NCBI GenBank assembly: GCA_008632985.1
Contig: QPGO01000005.1
Coordinates: forward strand, 579,607 to 643,606
Reading direction: 5' to 3'
Source: Psammoneis japonica
Lineage: Eukaryota
Length of the DNA stretch: 64,000 nt
The stretch's first letter is position 1; each line of letters starts with the position of its first letter. A model generated the notes under the pieces. That model did no database searches. It saw only the letters and a list, made by a program, of their open reading frames with translations, and had not been told where the DNA came from. The translations under genes were made by a program, and so were the position numbers. Of the stretch, positions 26,670 through 39,890 are shown one piece after another.

Positions 26670-29317
26670 TCATGACACAGGAGGGAAGAGTTGCTGATCA
26701 CTCCACATGAATGCTTCTAACAACGTCACACATTCAGAATTTCCGAGCAGCTGAAGACGTCGCAAGGGAGGAACGTCCTCTGCAGGATAATCAGGATCGC
26801 TGGCACATCCTTTCAACGAAACGAGGCATCCATTCTGCTCAAAGTCATGCTCCTCAATTCGTTTCTGAACGGCCCTCTCGACTGACTTCTGCGTGATCCC
26901 CACTTCATTCTCTCGATACCCCATCGCCCTCTCTGCTTCGTCCGGGGTGGGCGAAGATCGCACCGGATCGAGGCATTCATCCGTTTGTTCCCAGATGCAC
27001 TCGTTCCTCATGGGATTGGAGTTTAACTGGCATGGCAATTTCATCATATCCGGGTGTACCATCCGATTGGTCTTAACAATAGCGGCGGCACATAGACTCT
27101 GTTGGTTGCCATCAAGAGAAGGAGGTTTCCCAGGCTCACTATTGGGACCTGTGGAGCAAACAACCGGTGGCCTGTTCATGGCGAACTTTCGCTTCCGTAT
27201 GCATGGAGAGCACATGGAGGCGCATGCAGGAAAATATCTAGCATCTGGTTCTGGGAGGTACCAGTCAGATGTCTCATTAACTTCGATAGTCGATGGGACG
27301 TTCTCGGCAAGATAAGACGGCATTTCGCTCGAAGCCGACACGTTCCGAACAGCCGTGCAGCAGTCCCACAATAGCCGGCCACTTTCGGTGTTAAACCCGT
27401 CTTTCTTCCCCGCCAGTGAAAACGATTGGCATGGATTCGTGATGGAGATATGGTGGATGCCCCCGATCAAAACCTCTACTTCACGGACAACTTGCAAATT
27501 CGTCAGGATACGCACGTCCCCAGGTTTTCTTGGGCATCGACTGCTAGGCCTATCGATAACGATGCAGAACTCGACCTCCGGATGAGCGGCTACAGCAACA
27601 CCGACAGCGTGAAGATCAACCTCTTGAATTATTACCTTGCCCAACGGGGCTGCATTGAGTCGCTTGTACGCTGTAACCTCTGGGGCAAATCCTCCGCAAA
27701 GCAGCAATAGATTTGGATTGGGCAACCGATTTTTAATGTCAATGATTTGCCGTTTGAGGTCATGAGTTTGTTGCTGGGTATGTGCTTGGTTGCTTTCAAA
27801 ATCTTCTTGTAACCGTCCAAGAAGCGTCGCACATCGCTTCAGCAAGTTTGATTTCCCAGTGACGGTGAGAGAGATACCGTCACCATTACCATTTGCAAGT
27901 GTGCGAATCTGGGCTCGCTCAGCTATCTTGGCATCGAACTCTTTCTCGAATCTGAGAGCAGCCTCAGAGTTTGCCATCTTCCAAGCGCGAAGTAAGAAAT
28001 CGCCAGGTTTTGAGTAATCCTTCTTCTTTGGGAGGCCAGAGGCGTTTCTGCGGAAAAATGAAACAAGATCTACCGGCGCCCGCTTGTAACCGATCAAACG
28101 AAGTTTCCCGCTAGATACTGTCGTAGTTCGACCACTTCTGTCCCACACCTTGGCAAAGCCGAATTTATCTGGTTCTTCCGATAACGTTGCATTCCCAACA
28201 CCCAGAACGAATACAGGCTGAAGAGGCCGAAAGCGCAATGATGTAGCTCGTTGGGAGCCGTTAACGCATCGGTTGCTTTCAACCCAAGTTGCATAACTTT
28301 TCTCTCCACGCTGTCCATTGCGGATGCATTCGTTTTTATCATTTGATGATATAACCTGCAAATACTTCTGTTGCTGATAGCTGTACTCAAGATATTCAAC
28401 CGCAACCTTTCCGCCTGGAATAAACGTAACTGACTCTCCTTTCAGCAGAACTGGACGCGAGCCTTTTCCAATTTTTGCGAGCCTGCCTCTAATGTACCAT
28501 TTTCGGCCTTTGATGTCGGTCGCGGGAGAAGTGTAAACACCGCAATAACTTTTGACACCATCGCCAAAGATATAATCCTCGTCGCCTGTTGAGTCGTTCT
28601 CGCTTTCAGGAACGTTCTGGCCTTGCGGCTCTTTGTTCTCCTTTTTTCGCTTCCGTGTTGGCAAGGTGCGAAAGTTTTGCCTTTTCCTTTTCCTTCCCAA
28701 TCGATTTGGAGTTACCGCCGAGTTATGAGGAGTTATTCTGGTGTCTTCAAGCGGAGATTCCTTGCAAACACTGCTATTGTCGATGCGAGAGACTACATCC
28801 ATACTCCCTCCAACGAGAGGATCAGGAGAAATAAGTCGATCCTCTTGCTGCTCACCCTTTTCGTCAAAGTACATGACATAAACGCCTCCTGTTCTGACAT
28901 CAATTTTTGTTATCGTGCACCAGCGCTGCGCCAGCCAATCATAGCACGTTCTAAAAGGTGGGAAACACTGGCAAAGTCAGGGACTGTAGATAACAACACC
29001 AATCCCGTAGTCTTTATTATTGGTATGTACCTTCCCACTTGCAGATCTGTCCTTACACGAAAATGCATCGACTTGAAGTACTTCTCGCTGAGATGAAATA
29101 TTTGTTCGTAGGCACACGGTGCTCCATCTGTTTTGAATCCTTCAAAAAATCGAACAGTTCCGCCTTTGACAGTACACACCACACCCGTGCGATACATGCG
29201 TTCGCCCGTCTTTGCATCGTTATGCCACAAGTACGAAATCAGAGAGTGGCGTTCTGGCTTGACGTACTCATCGGATGGTTGAGGGTCGAAACGCGGAAGA
29301 ATTTTGTTTTGTTCCAT
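26670..29317 (-). CDS. C5-cytosine DNA methyltransferase, DNMT3/DRM-like catalytic domain with long N-terminal region
   Basis: Ordered motifs: I LLLCGGFAPE, II IQEVD, III GDVR, IV TNPCQSFSLAG...SGRLLWD, VI YLAENV, VIII SPCIRKRKFAMN, IX EAERAMGY, X RLQLLGNS. The core ORF is 26670-28874. A GTAAGG...CAG intron at 28968-29056 would join ORF 28910-29323 in frame (inferred). Confidence 0.85.
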
Positions 29318-30774
29318 TCTCAACTTTTCGATGACAGTATTTTTAATGGAGAAAACGAAGAGCCAACTCAGTGTGGGATGTGTAAATGGAGTGCCTTCAA
29401 AGCAAAACGACGAGAGAACTCCGACGCAACCGAAGAAGACAAGAATTGACAGCGTGTGTCATCACAGAGCGTTTTCAGAACGATGCGGTGAAAGTTTGGA
29501 AGTTGGAGGCAAAGATATATCTTGGAGTTCGAAGCTCGTACTTTTCTTATAATTTGACTGACGTCATTTGGGTTCGCAAAATCTCACAAAATGTGATAGT
29601 GAAATACCGTTGGTTTCTCTCTCCCGCCACGATTTCCAAAAAATTTGAAAACGTCGAACCCGGGAAAAGTCAATCACTTTCCCATCGTTGAAACACATCG
29701 TCGTCTTTATTGCCATGGTTGCTTCAGTTCTCTGCCAAAGGTGAGTCGATCGTCTCGTTCTCGTTGCGAATTAGATCTGCTGGAGTGAAGTCATTGAATG
29801 TCGTCCGCACACGATTACCTTGTAGACCTGAAGGCTTGGGTCCTTGATGGTTTTCCTCTGTGTGTTTGATTGCGTATATCTTTGGAAGTTGGTTCAAGAC
29901 GAAACGACGATTTCCTGTCAAAGTAGTCCGTGGTTCCGACGGAGACACACCACGATTGCCAGCAAACTCGCTCCTTGCGTGTGCGCTGCATGCTTGTAAA
30001 CGTTCAATGCGGCAGCAGTGAGAGCCAGCCAGTGCACTTTCATGTACACTGTGTTGTATTAGCTCTATCAGAGGAGGGCCAGCCCCTGCTTCATTTTTTG
30101 AATGCACGCTGAACGCCTGTTGACGTCGTGGACCAAGACGGTGTGCTTGACACCCCGAAGGGCAGCCTTTTTCGTGAATGTTGTAAGGTGGTTCAGGCCG
30201 CTTGAGTTGCTCATTGAGCATCTCATATCTGATCCCCATAGGTTTAATACTCCCATGGGTCGCCGGTTTGTTGTGTCAGCCATGTTCTCCACGTCCCACA
30301 GCGTTTGAAGATCTGTTTGTGTTGTTCGTTCGTTTTGATCTTCTCGCTGAGTTATTTCATAACTCACACTTTCTTCAGATTTTGATTTCTATTTTTGACA
30401 GACGAATGTGAATGAAGAAATGCAACAATGGTGCTCTGCATATTTACAAGGTTATCAATTGCTGGTCCATGTTGACGATGGCACGGCTGCAGTGTTGTCA
30501 TGGCTCTCTCTAGAGTCCTACCCGTACGAAGAAAGCGTGATGTCTCCGTCTCTCGAGCGATTCCTTTTCAGAAGTTCTTTTTTCAAGATATGTCGTCAAG
30601 ACCAGAAAGCATGAGCAGAACTCAAAGCTGTCACATGTATCGAGAAAGGATGTCCAAACATCCTCGTTGTAGCAGCATGCCGGCTGAAGTGCTCCGTCAA
30701 GCGCCATCTGCATGTCAATTGTATCTACGGTACCTTCAAGCTTTATATCGAGTCGTCCAACAAGGCGAATCTCA

Positions 30775-31222
30775 AGATGTGTCAAGTCAAAAGAGTTGAA
30801 GAATGACGCTTGCTTTTTTCTTCGGAAGCACTTCGTCGAAGGTAGCATTAGTCATGTACTCGATAAGGCCACGCTGCTGCTTCCAGCGAGTCTGTCGCAG
30901 GTTCATGCCGTGCTTCAAATAAACATGCATCGCAAGATGAATAAGGAAAGAAAAAGAGAATCGACGAAAGCTGCACTTCGATGGGATCTACCATTGCTAG
31001 GAGCCACTCGGACCGAACTATTTTTCTTCCCTTGTCATGCTACGACATCTGTTCTCGATAGTTATTTTCCAACTAAGATGTGTCGAGTTGAAAGAGTTGA
31101 AGAATGACGCTTGCCTTCCTTCTGATGCATTTCGTCGAAGAGCACAAGTCATTTCCTCGATATGGCTACACCGCTGCTTCCAGCGAGTCTGTCGCTCTTT
31201 CTTGTCATGCTTCAAATAAGCT
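30775..31222. repeat. Diverged direct repeat (~145 bp, ~300-bp period), probably coding on the minus strand
   Basis: aagagttgaagaatgacgcttgc...ctgcttccagcgagtctgtcgc...tgcttcaaataa at ~30790-30920 and ~31093-31220. The minus strand gives RQTRWKQ...QASFFNSF..THL twice. Confidence 0.75.
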
Positions 31223-32291
31223 GTGTGCTCGACGGTATCATGAATATCCTTCATTTTTGCTTCCAAGGCTTTCTGAGCATACCTGTACTTCTGATAGACT
31301 TCATAACAGAGCTGAAATGCGATACGGTAAACTATGGAGTAAATGATGAATATTCTAAGAAACGGCTCGCAGCGTTTCTCCCCGTGTCACAGCATAAGTA
31401 CCACGAGGTAACCAGTACACAGCTTTCAGTTTCTTATCGTTAAAATCGAGCTGAGAGCGCTTGAACTTAAACAAAGGTGAGCTTGAAAGCATATCTACCT
31501 CGAATCTTAATGAAATCTAAGCAGGAGACGACTTTCTTATGAAACAGGCGTCTCTGACCCTTGGCGGTTGTTGCGCTTGACGTGTTCTCCGATAGAAAGA
31601 TCTCTCTCGCGACACTCCTAAAACGAGGCGACTCTCTGAGCCTTGCTCAGCCCAAGCCATAGCATCATCGCATTTCATGTTGAAGATGGCGTTGCTCTTG
31701 CCATGGCTTTAGCTTTATTCCCTGTACGAGAAAGGCATGATGCTCCGTCTCAACGGTCTTCCTTGTTCCGTCGAAATGGTGCCCGTGACCTCCGACAGGT
31801 ATCTATATCACAAGACATTGTGCAGCCTCAAAGTTGTATCATTCAGCAAAAACGAAGCTGTGTCAAAAACAACGACGCGAAGCTTCAATCCTCTATTGTT
31901 GAACTGTATGAGTACTCCAAGATTCCATAATCCACTTCGCTGAGACAGTATTGAGATCAAGAGCAGCATTTTTCTTCAAGATTTATCAAGCCCGATAAGG
32001 CCAACTATCTCCAGAAAGAAGAAGATGGCGCAGCTTTGATAAACTACTGCAATGCCGCCTAAGATTTGGCGGCAGCTGTGTATTCCAAGCTCTCTAGCCA
32101 CATCGAATACCGCACCGCTCGCAAAGCGTTACAATCTGAAATAGGGACCTACTCTCTCAAGGATCCGCTGCTCAGTGCGTGCGGCTGGTCGCAACAACGA
32201 CGGTATTCCAAGCTTAGACCCCCTAATGCTCGCAAAGCGTTGGTGCGTAGATAACCTGTACTCTGAAGGTTCTCGTTGCTAAAACGTCAGA

Positions 32292-34597
32292 TCACCCATA
32301 CTCCTGGGACATTCGTTGATCGCCCTCTTCATTGAACGCGCTATTAAACATATCAAACAACTCCCTAGCTTCCTCCTCTTGCACGGCGTCGACGTCGCCA
32401 GCTTCTATAGCCTCTCTTTTCATAGAGCCGTAAAATGAGCAAAACTCAATCTCTTCATTGCTGAGGGGAGATTGCCCTCTTGCAGCGTTGACGCTCTCCA
32501 AGCGATCGATTCCGGTTTGTGACGTGTCTTCTTCTTCCTTGAACTCGTCGTGCATCGCTGCAAACAGCTCACGTGCGTCCTTCTCCTTGACTGGCATGTC
32601 ATCGCCGCTTTCCCTGACTTGCTGCTTGAGTCCTTCGTAGAATAGCTTGAATTCATCATTGTCTATCTCTTGACTATCAGAGTCTGTCAAAGTTCTTGGT
32701 GGCGGAGAAACATCTTTAAACGATTCGTTCGCCTTCGTCTCTTCATAAAATGCACGAGCATCTTCTTCGAGTACCTCGACCTCTTCTCCACTCTCCACAA
32801 CTTCATGCTTAAGTCCCTCAAAAAACAACTGGTATTCATTGTCGTCCAAAGCACCACCATCGCTATATGGCGTTTCGTGCTGCATTTGTTCAATACTCTA
32901 TGAGCGAAGCACGAAACAGAATCCAGCACGAGTTAGAATTGGAAAAAGAATAGCCATGTAAGAAAACTGCCTTGTTATTCCTCTCATCCTCCTGTCAAAA
33001 ATACACTCATAAAGGCAAGCCATAATCATTCAATTTACCCACGTTTCGATCCAGACGGAACAACCGTGATCATGATTACAAGACTTGTAGAAAGAGCTAC
33101 CCGTCCAGAACGCATCATGAAGTGTTAAGCTGGTAACGTGCAATAGACGCGGGATCCCAACCACGAGAAGCACCTTAAGAAACGATAAAACATAACGCAC
33201 CGTTTCATGTCTGTTGACTGTAAGAGCAGACTTGTCTGCTTCAGGCCGAGTTATCCATTTCCTCAGCGTTCTATCAAAGACGCATTCTTCTTCTGGCGCT
33301 CTTGATGATCACTCTTCTTACCAACCGTGGACAGACCTGTGTCTTGTTCGAATGAGATACTGGCACTGTTGTCAAAGTGCGATTGTTCAGGTACGCCACC
33401 GTGAGCGTCCCCAGAGCTAATCTTTCCCATCGCACTATCAAATGAAACAGTTGTACCTTCAATCCAGTCATCATTGCTATCATCGTCAAAGTATGATTGT
33501 TCCGTTGGTATGTCCCCGGTGTTGCTCGTGAAGCTTGTTCTTTCCGTGGCACTATCAAATGAAACGGTTGTATCGTCGACCCAGCCATGGTTGGTATTCT
33601 TTACCATGATAAGCTCCTGCGCGTCAACGTTGTCACTTCCATCAGCATTGGAAACCTGCTCGTTGCTGTCATTTGCAAACATGTGATACAGACTGTCATC
33701 TAATTCATCCAATGTAAATCCTGCATCCTCATCTATATCCACACCGCGGAACTTTGCTCGTCGCAAGCGTTTCCCCATGTGCTCCGGTTCTTCCTCATCC
33801 CACACCATGGCGCTGTGGGCTAGCTCTTGATACGACACACCAGGGATCCTCTCCTCGTTGTACTTTGGTGCTGGTCGTACGGTAATGAGACGAAGAGAGT
33901 TATCGCAAAAGTAGCCCTTGTTCTCTCTCCCTGTCCACATGTCGCCCAATGCACGATTCTCGGCGGCGCTAGAGCAAGCCAGTAGCAACGCCGACAACGC
34001 CCGTGTGTTCCGACCACCGTATTCCCGATCAGCAAAAGATGGGCGATAGTCGCGATGTGATTTTTGCTGAAGCATTGGGACTTGTGTATCTGCCTGGTGG
34101 CTTATTTGTCGAGCGGAATCATCAGATATGGACAAAGTGTCCTCTCCTCTCAACTGCTTCAAATGAGTGTCGGAACCAATAGTTCTCAAATGGTCCATTC
34201 ACCTAACGTCACTCGCCAAAAGTATTGCTTTGGCTGTTGCAGAGTCTCCAGCCGCCGCAGCACAGAGAATAAGTGCTGCTATAAACCCATCATCTTGGTC
34301 TACTTCCGCATTCTCTGCCAAAATGAGAATCGACCTTGCAAGTTTACCATGATGAGCCGTTTTAAGCTCTGGTCGTCGGTTCTTCTTTGAAAAGGCACGT
34401 TCATGTCGCACCGCAGTTTCATGACTCCGAGCAGTTGCCCGCAGCGCAGTTGTGAAGCACAGCATTGTTGGTCTGGCACCTTGAGTTTGCATTTCTTCCA
34501 ACAAAGTCAGGGCCCTTTCCGGATGTCCCAGAGCAGCGCAAATACGCAGCATGGCACCATACGCCATTACGTCTGGCTCTAATCCTATAATGCGCAC
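32292..34597 (-). pseudogene. Pentatricopeptide-repeat (PPR) protein fragment, 5'-truncated with an in-frame stop
   Basis: GLEPDVMAYGAMLRICAALGHPERALTLLEEMQTQGARPT is a PPR motif. An in-frame TGA at 34199-34201 separates ORFs 34199-34597 and 33263-34198. ORF 32292-32885, with three ~50-aa acidic repeats, may be a later exon. Confidence 0.65.
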
Positions 34598-34699
34598 TTC
34601 TTTCCATATGGACCATATCGTCCAGTATTACCCGAGAGCATAGAGACATTTGAGCAGGACAATTTCTTGATTGTATGCAAGATTTGTCAAGGTTGAGTG

Positions 34700-36290
34700 A
34701 TGATATGATCAAAAGTGGTTTTCAAAAGGTTCCGTACGAAGGCCGGACGATGAATGCCCCAGTGGATGGTGAAGAAGAAAAAATGCTGCTGAAGAGAAGA
34801 CATCTGAAAGAAAGAGAGCAGTGTGGCACAAAAAAAGAAACAATGACATCAAAGAACACAATGCCATCACAAGTGTGCCATGGCCACCATCACAATCATC
34901 TGTTGATGTGTGGTGTGGTGTGTGGTGTGTGCAGAATGAATCTCTCATCACAGTGCAAACAAAGATTGCTGCACCATGCTTTGAGTTCTTCCACCATTGG
35001 ATAAAATGTTTGAAGCATGTTTCAACAAAATTGAGATGGTGCATTTGCAAGTCTGTTGAGTCAGTTGCACAGGTGATGTTGCCTCAAGAGCTGTGCCAAA
35101 AGATGGCACACTCAAGCTTTTGCAAATCTTCAGAGCAAAGTGTTGCCAAGAAATGCAGGGGGGGGGGGGCACAGTGTGGAGACAACAAGAAAACTTTCAA
35201 GCCAACCATTTGCCAAGCTGCTCTGTTCCCTGTGAGCAAAAGCTCACCATGTTGCCATGTTGTTTGCGTGGCAAAAAAAAAAAACAGCTCAACTTTCCCA
35301 CATTGCCAACAGCAGCAGAGCCACATCCCATGAGCTCTTGCTGCTTTGCTGATGAGTGTCTGTTTCAACAGCCATGGTCTTGGACAACCAAGTGAGTGAG
35401 CAACGCAATTCCTGCTCTCAAAGACATGAGAGCACCAATGCAGGCAAAAGCCCGGGGAGACACGCTCGATCGGTCTTGACCTCCTCCACGTGCTCAACTC
35501 TGTGGCGCGCTGCCGCCAGCCTCAACAGCCACACAGTGCTGAGGCAACTTTGACAAAGAGAGAGAGAGAGAGAGAATGCAGAAATTTGTCATGATGGCTG
35601 TTGGTGAAAGAGTGGGCCAGCCAATGGTGGCAGCATGCTGCCCTTTTCAGTGCTCGTGATTTCCTTCTGGGTGTGTGTGGCTCATCCAGACACATGAAAA
35701 AATGCGTCATTGTGGAGCTCTGCTTTTTCACACAAATTTGGCACCAAATGCACAAGTCATGCTGAAACTTTTAGAAAGCCTTGTCATTTGTCCAGCAGTT
35801 TCTCACCTGGGATGAAAACACATTGCACACCAGAGACAAAGAAGGGCCCAATGACCGCCAGGCCGCTCGGCCGTGCGTGGGGTGTCTGAACAAATTGAGT
35901 CTGAGGAGGCAGTCACTCCTTTTGTCTGTCCATGGGAAATGTTTGTCATGCACGTTGAATGATGGTCCTTCTCTGTGGGTGGACAATGAGACATTGATTT
36001 GTGAACAAAATGCCTCTGCACTCCAGAGGGGCATGCACTCTCTCTCCTTTGTGCACATGATGGCTCTGCCACATCGTTCCCACACCAATCGCTGATGATT
36101 CCATTGCAATTGTGTGTGGATTGATGGGAATAGAATTTGTTTTTCACATGGCAAGTTTCACAACAGAGGAAAATGTGGAGGGAAAACCAAAAACCAATGG
36201 CATTTCCCTGTCACATCATGTGGTGCGAACCCCAGCCTTCTTTGTCTGTGTTGTTGTTCTGTCGGGATGGGAGAGTGGGGCTGCTGTGCG
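34700..36290. mobile_element. Unclassified TA-depleted insertion/repeat remnant
   Basis: Same TG/CA-rich, TA-poor composition as the recognisable transposons, and no credible ORF. It sits where the PPR 5' end should be. Termini not found. Confidence 0.5.
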
Positions 36291-36330
36291 ATACACGATG
36301 CATCATTATTTATTTTTCCCCACCACTACA

Positions 36331-36837
36331 ATGGCGTCCTCAAACGCCACAGAGCCGCCACCAGAGACAGGGAAATGGACGAAATATCTGCCAGAAGCTT
36401 TTGGAATAAGAGAGAATATTCAGAATTCGCCCTTCCGATGGTGTGTTCGTGAATCTGCAATGTGGGGGATTGCCACTGGCACCGCTATGGGCCTTCACCG
36501 GCTGCGAATGGGATCTCACCCTCGCCTTGTCATTAACGTAGCATTTGCGACAATGTTCCTGGTTACTGTTCCATCATACTATTTTTGCTATCGAAAACGT
36601 GAGCACAAGTATAAGGTGATTGAACTCATGATGAAAGCTAACGATTTTGCAACGAGTGATGAAATGCCACCTGAACCAGGCCCGACGGACCATCCATTTA
36701 TGGAACCGTCAGACAAGAAGTCGGGAGGAGAGAAAGAGTATCGAGGTATGCTCGAGGAACGAAAGGAGTGGCAAACGCAAACCCCGACACAAGATGCAAA
36801 GGACGTATTTAAAGAAGTGCGCAACAGGAAGGATTAG
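36331..36837 (+). CDS. COX20: Cytochrome c oxidase assembly protein COX20-like
   Basis: CVRESAMWGIATG...two hydrophobic helices...YYFCYRKR pattern; 168 aa from ATG 36331. Confidence 0.7.
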   Translation: MASSNATEPPPETGKWTKYLPEAFGIRENIQNSPFRWCVRESAMWGIATGTAMGLHRLRMGSHPRLVINVAFATMFLVTVPSYYFCYRKREHKYKVIELMMKANDFATSDEMPPEPGPTDHPFMEPSDKKSGGEKEYRGMLEERKEWQTQTPTQDAKDVFKEVRNRKD

Positions 36838-36960
36838 GGACGTAGTCCTGTTGATAAACCTAGTAGATCTTATTCTTCGTGGTGGGGTCTTATGTGACGA
36901 CGACTTTCGTGCTTAAGGTCGCAATCTGATTCCGTTATGTTAATCTGTATGACATGCCGG

Positions 36961-39533
36961 CTAGTAGCAATAGTCAGTTCCCCTTTTTTGAAGTCCTTTA
37001 CATCCAAACAACTCTTTTCCATCATCCTTCTTCTTCGTTTTGCGGCAAACGAGGCCGTCTGCACAATCGGAGTCTTCGTCACAGTTGCCTCTGTATCGTA
37101 ATGGTTCAACAAACGATCCTGTTAGACAGACCGATAGGTTACAGGTTCTCAAGTTTATGTTCAGAACAAACTTACTCGCACTTTCGCAACGGAAAGAACC
37201 TTTCGGGCCGGCCCTTGTTCACAATCCTCATCAATGTGTTTGGCGCCCGATTAAAGCAGTAGTCCTTGCCTCTCCTACCGGTGCCAACGCATCCAGGAAC
37301 TGTGTTAATTCAGAAATGATCCACAAGAAACGAATGTTAGTACGAAAGAAAACCTGGTGAAGATTCAGATTATCCCTATATACCTTCTTCTATCCGCTTC
37401 CGCTCGAAACAGTAAAGATCGCCCAGGCAATGTGAGTCGTCATCGCAGTCTCCGCCTGACACAAGACAGTAGATTACATTGCATGGAGTAAGCCAAGGTC
37501 CTCGTGAGGATCCAGGAACATTGAAAAGAAAATCAAACATCTTTTCTGATACTTACCGCACTCTGGATGAGGCTTGAAATTTGTCGCTCTCTTCCGTCCA
37601 GATATCCAAGTGAGTTCTTTTGGTACTTCTGCTGTCCCATCATCTTCAGCAATGTCTTCGTTCTCGTTGGGTGGCGAGAGTGCCCCGCCATCACCGCTAG
37701 GATGCGGCAGTGCTCCGCCTTCACCAGGAACCATTGGGTCCATTGGATCTGGAACGGGCGCCGGAGGAGGGTAAAGAACAGGATCAGCTTCCTCTCCATC
37801 GGGACGGGGCAGAGATCCATCGGGTATCATTGGATCTGGAACTGGATCTGGAACGGGCGCCGGAGCTGGGTCGGAGGCCGGATCAGTTACTGGAGCTGGG
37901 TCAGGGACAGGAGCTGGGACAGGAGCTGGGACGGGAGCTGGAGGGATGGGTGGTGCTTCATCAGGTGCATACCACGTCTTTTCTGGAACCTGAGGACAGA
38001 TTCCGTCACTATAAAGCCCTCCTCTTCTATCCGTTTGAAAGATGTGTTCTCCGGTCACCGGGTGTTTCACCACCTTTACCAGAAGAGGCCTTGCGAACAT
38101 ACCTTCGTCGACCATGAGCGTTGCGAAGTTCTGGTTTGATTCATATGGGTGGCGAACACAATACTCATGGCCATCTCCGTGGACGTACAGGACAGGTAGA
38201 TTAGGGTATTTGTTGTTGAGTAGCTCAACCAAGGGGTCTCCAAAGTAAAGCCGTCTCAAACCTGGCTTCAGAAACGCGTGCGCAAAGATGACAACAGCCT
38301 TCATCCCTTTGTCTTCATGGTATTCCAACTGTTCCTCTGTGAAATTGAAGTTCTAAAGAGAGGTCGAACTCTAATTGTTAGAAAAAGCATCCGAATAGTG
38401 AGTGAGCCAATCTATAAGATTTCAAAGCATGTACCTGGCCAAGGCGGACTTCCTCGTCTCCGTAATCTTTGCCTCCAATGATGTTCAACCCTAGAAAAAG
38501 CTTTTTGAATGGCAAATAAAGATTCGAAAGTTGTGAGAAGTAATAGGAAACAGACAGCCTGACAATGACTAATTCATGACGCACCACACTATCTCGAAGG
38601 AAAGCAAAATTCTCGCTTCGGTCGACTCCAGGTTTGCGTTCTTTGTTCCACTGTCTCACTACGTTCACGTTAGGCTTAGAAAATGTGGCAAAGCCATATG
38701 GATTTTTCGGACCAAGCCAGTTCTTCCAACGCTGCCATGCATCATCGTCATCCGGACACTTAATCTATCCATTGCACACAAGTGTTGTGAGCATAAAATT
38801 GATTTAGCTTGAAGGGAAATGTTGTGAAATTGTTGTTTGACTCACCCATTCACCGTCACCTGGAACGAAAATGACGTCCCGAGGATCTAAGCAGGCGGTA
38901 CGAAAGTGAGATTAGATAGAGACACAATTCAACAAAACACACAGGAACAACAAGCTTACCGTATTTCGCCGCATTAGAGGGGTTCGTGAAAATCTCTGCG
39001 ATGTCATTGTACGCATCGTCATCACATGGATAGGTTTTACTAGCTTTTTTGATGTCCCCGACGTGGATAATCATGCTGGGGCCGTCTGGAGAAGTAAGAT
39101 CAATGTCTCGAAGCTCTGAAAAATGGCGGAAACCGGTGAGAGAACTCCATACTATGATAGACACGCGTTCAGCACAATGCACAAAAATTAATGAGCTTAC
39201 CATAGTTTAAGCAGTAACGATCCTCGGTTGTGTAAGGGCTGCATAGAGCAAGAAGCGGTGTCAGACGAGATGGGGTAGAAGTCAAAGTCCAAGCCCAACA
39301 CAATGCAAGCTCGATCAGCTTAATGGCGAATGCCGATATACTCACGTATCGCCCATGCAATAGAAACTTATCACATGCTCTGGCTCAACACTGTCAATGT
39401 CACTGAACGTATGAAAATCTCTAGGTTTGCAACCAAGTCGACGTGAACGTAGTAGCGACTGTTGACTCTCAACCGTTTGTGGCGCGATGTGAAGCACAAG
39501 CAAGATTCCGTAGAGAAACTGTATCGAATTCAT
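36961..39533 (-). CDS. Secreted calcineurin-like metallophosphoesterase with Pro-rich linker and frustulin-like Cys-rich repeats (multi-exon)
   Basis: Signal-peptide-like N-terminus. Metal motifs across exons: MGDT|PY, HVGDIK, VPGD(N), FAH, YVHGDGH. Then a PAPV/PDP linker and a C-terminal CGGDCDDDSHC...VPGC.G...DYC plus GNCDEDSDC...GTDYCY. Confidence 0.75.
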
Positions 39534-39890
39534 GGTGTGAGGGTAGTCGCAGTGTGCTTGGAACAAATCTTGCCGAGGCTTCCACAATGAAGAGTCCTCT
39601 AAAGCAACAACGAAAATGAAGGAAGACCGCAAAATGAGGCGGTGGGCACTTGTTTCTGTGGCCGCCATGCTGGTCATTGTGGGAAAGGTCATAGAGACAG
39701 GACAAAAAATGTCTATGTGTACGACCAACACATAAGCCCTCGGATGGGTGGGGCATGCTGCAAGATAAAATAAATAAGCCCTTCAACACTTTACGCTTTA
39801 CGTAGTGCCCCCTCTCTCTGCGGAAAAGGCTACTGTACTGTACTCGAACTCTACTCTACTTACTCCTACTCTATGGTAGTACTCTCTCTA

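Noticed and set aside
26670..29317. Methyltransferase as cargo of the adjacent transposon
   Set aside because: It lies outside the TIRs and beyond the LINE tail, has normal TA content and has a probable intron. No enclosing termini were seen.
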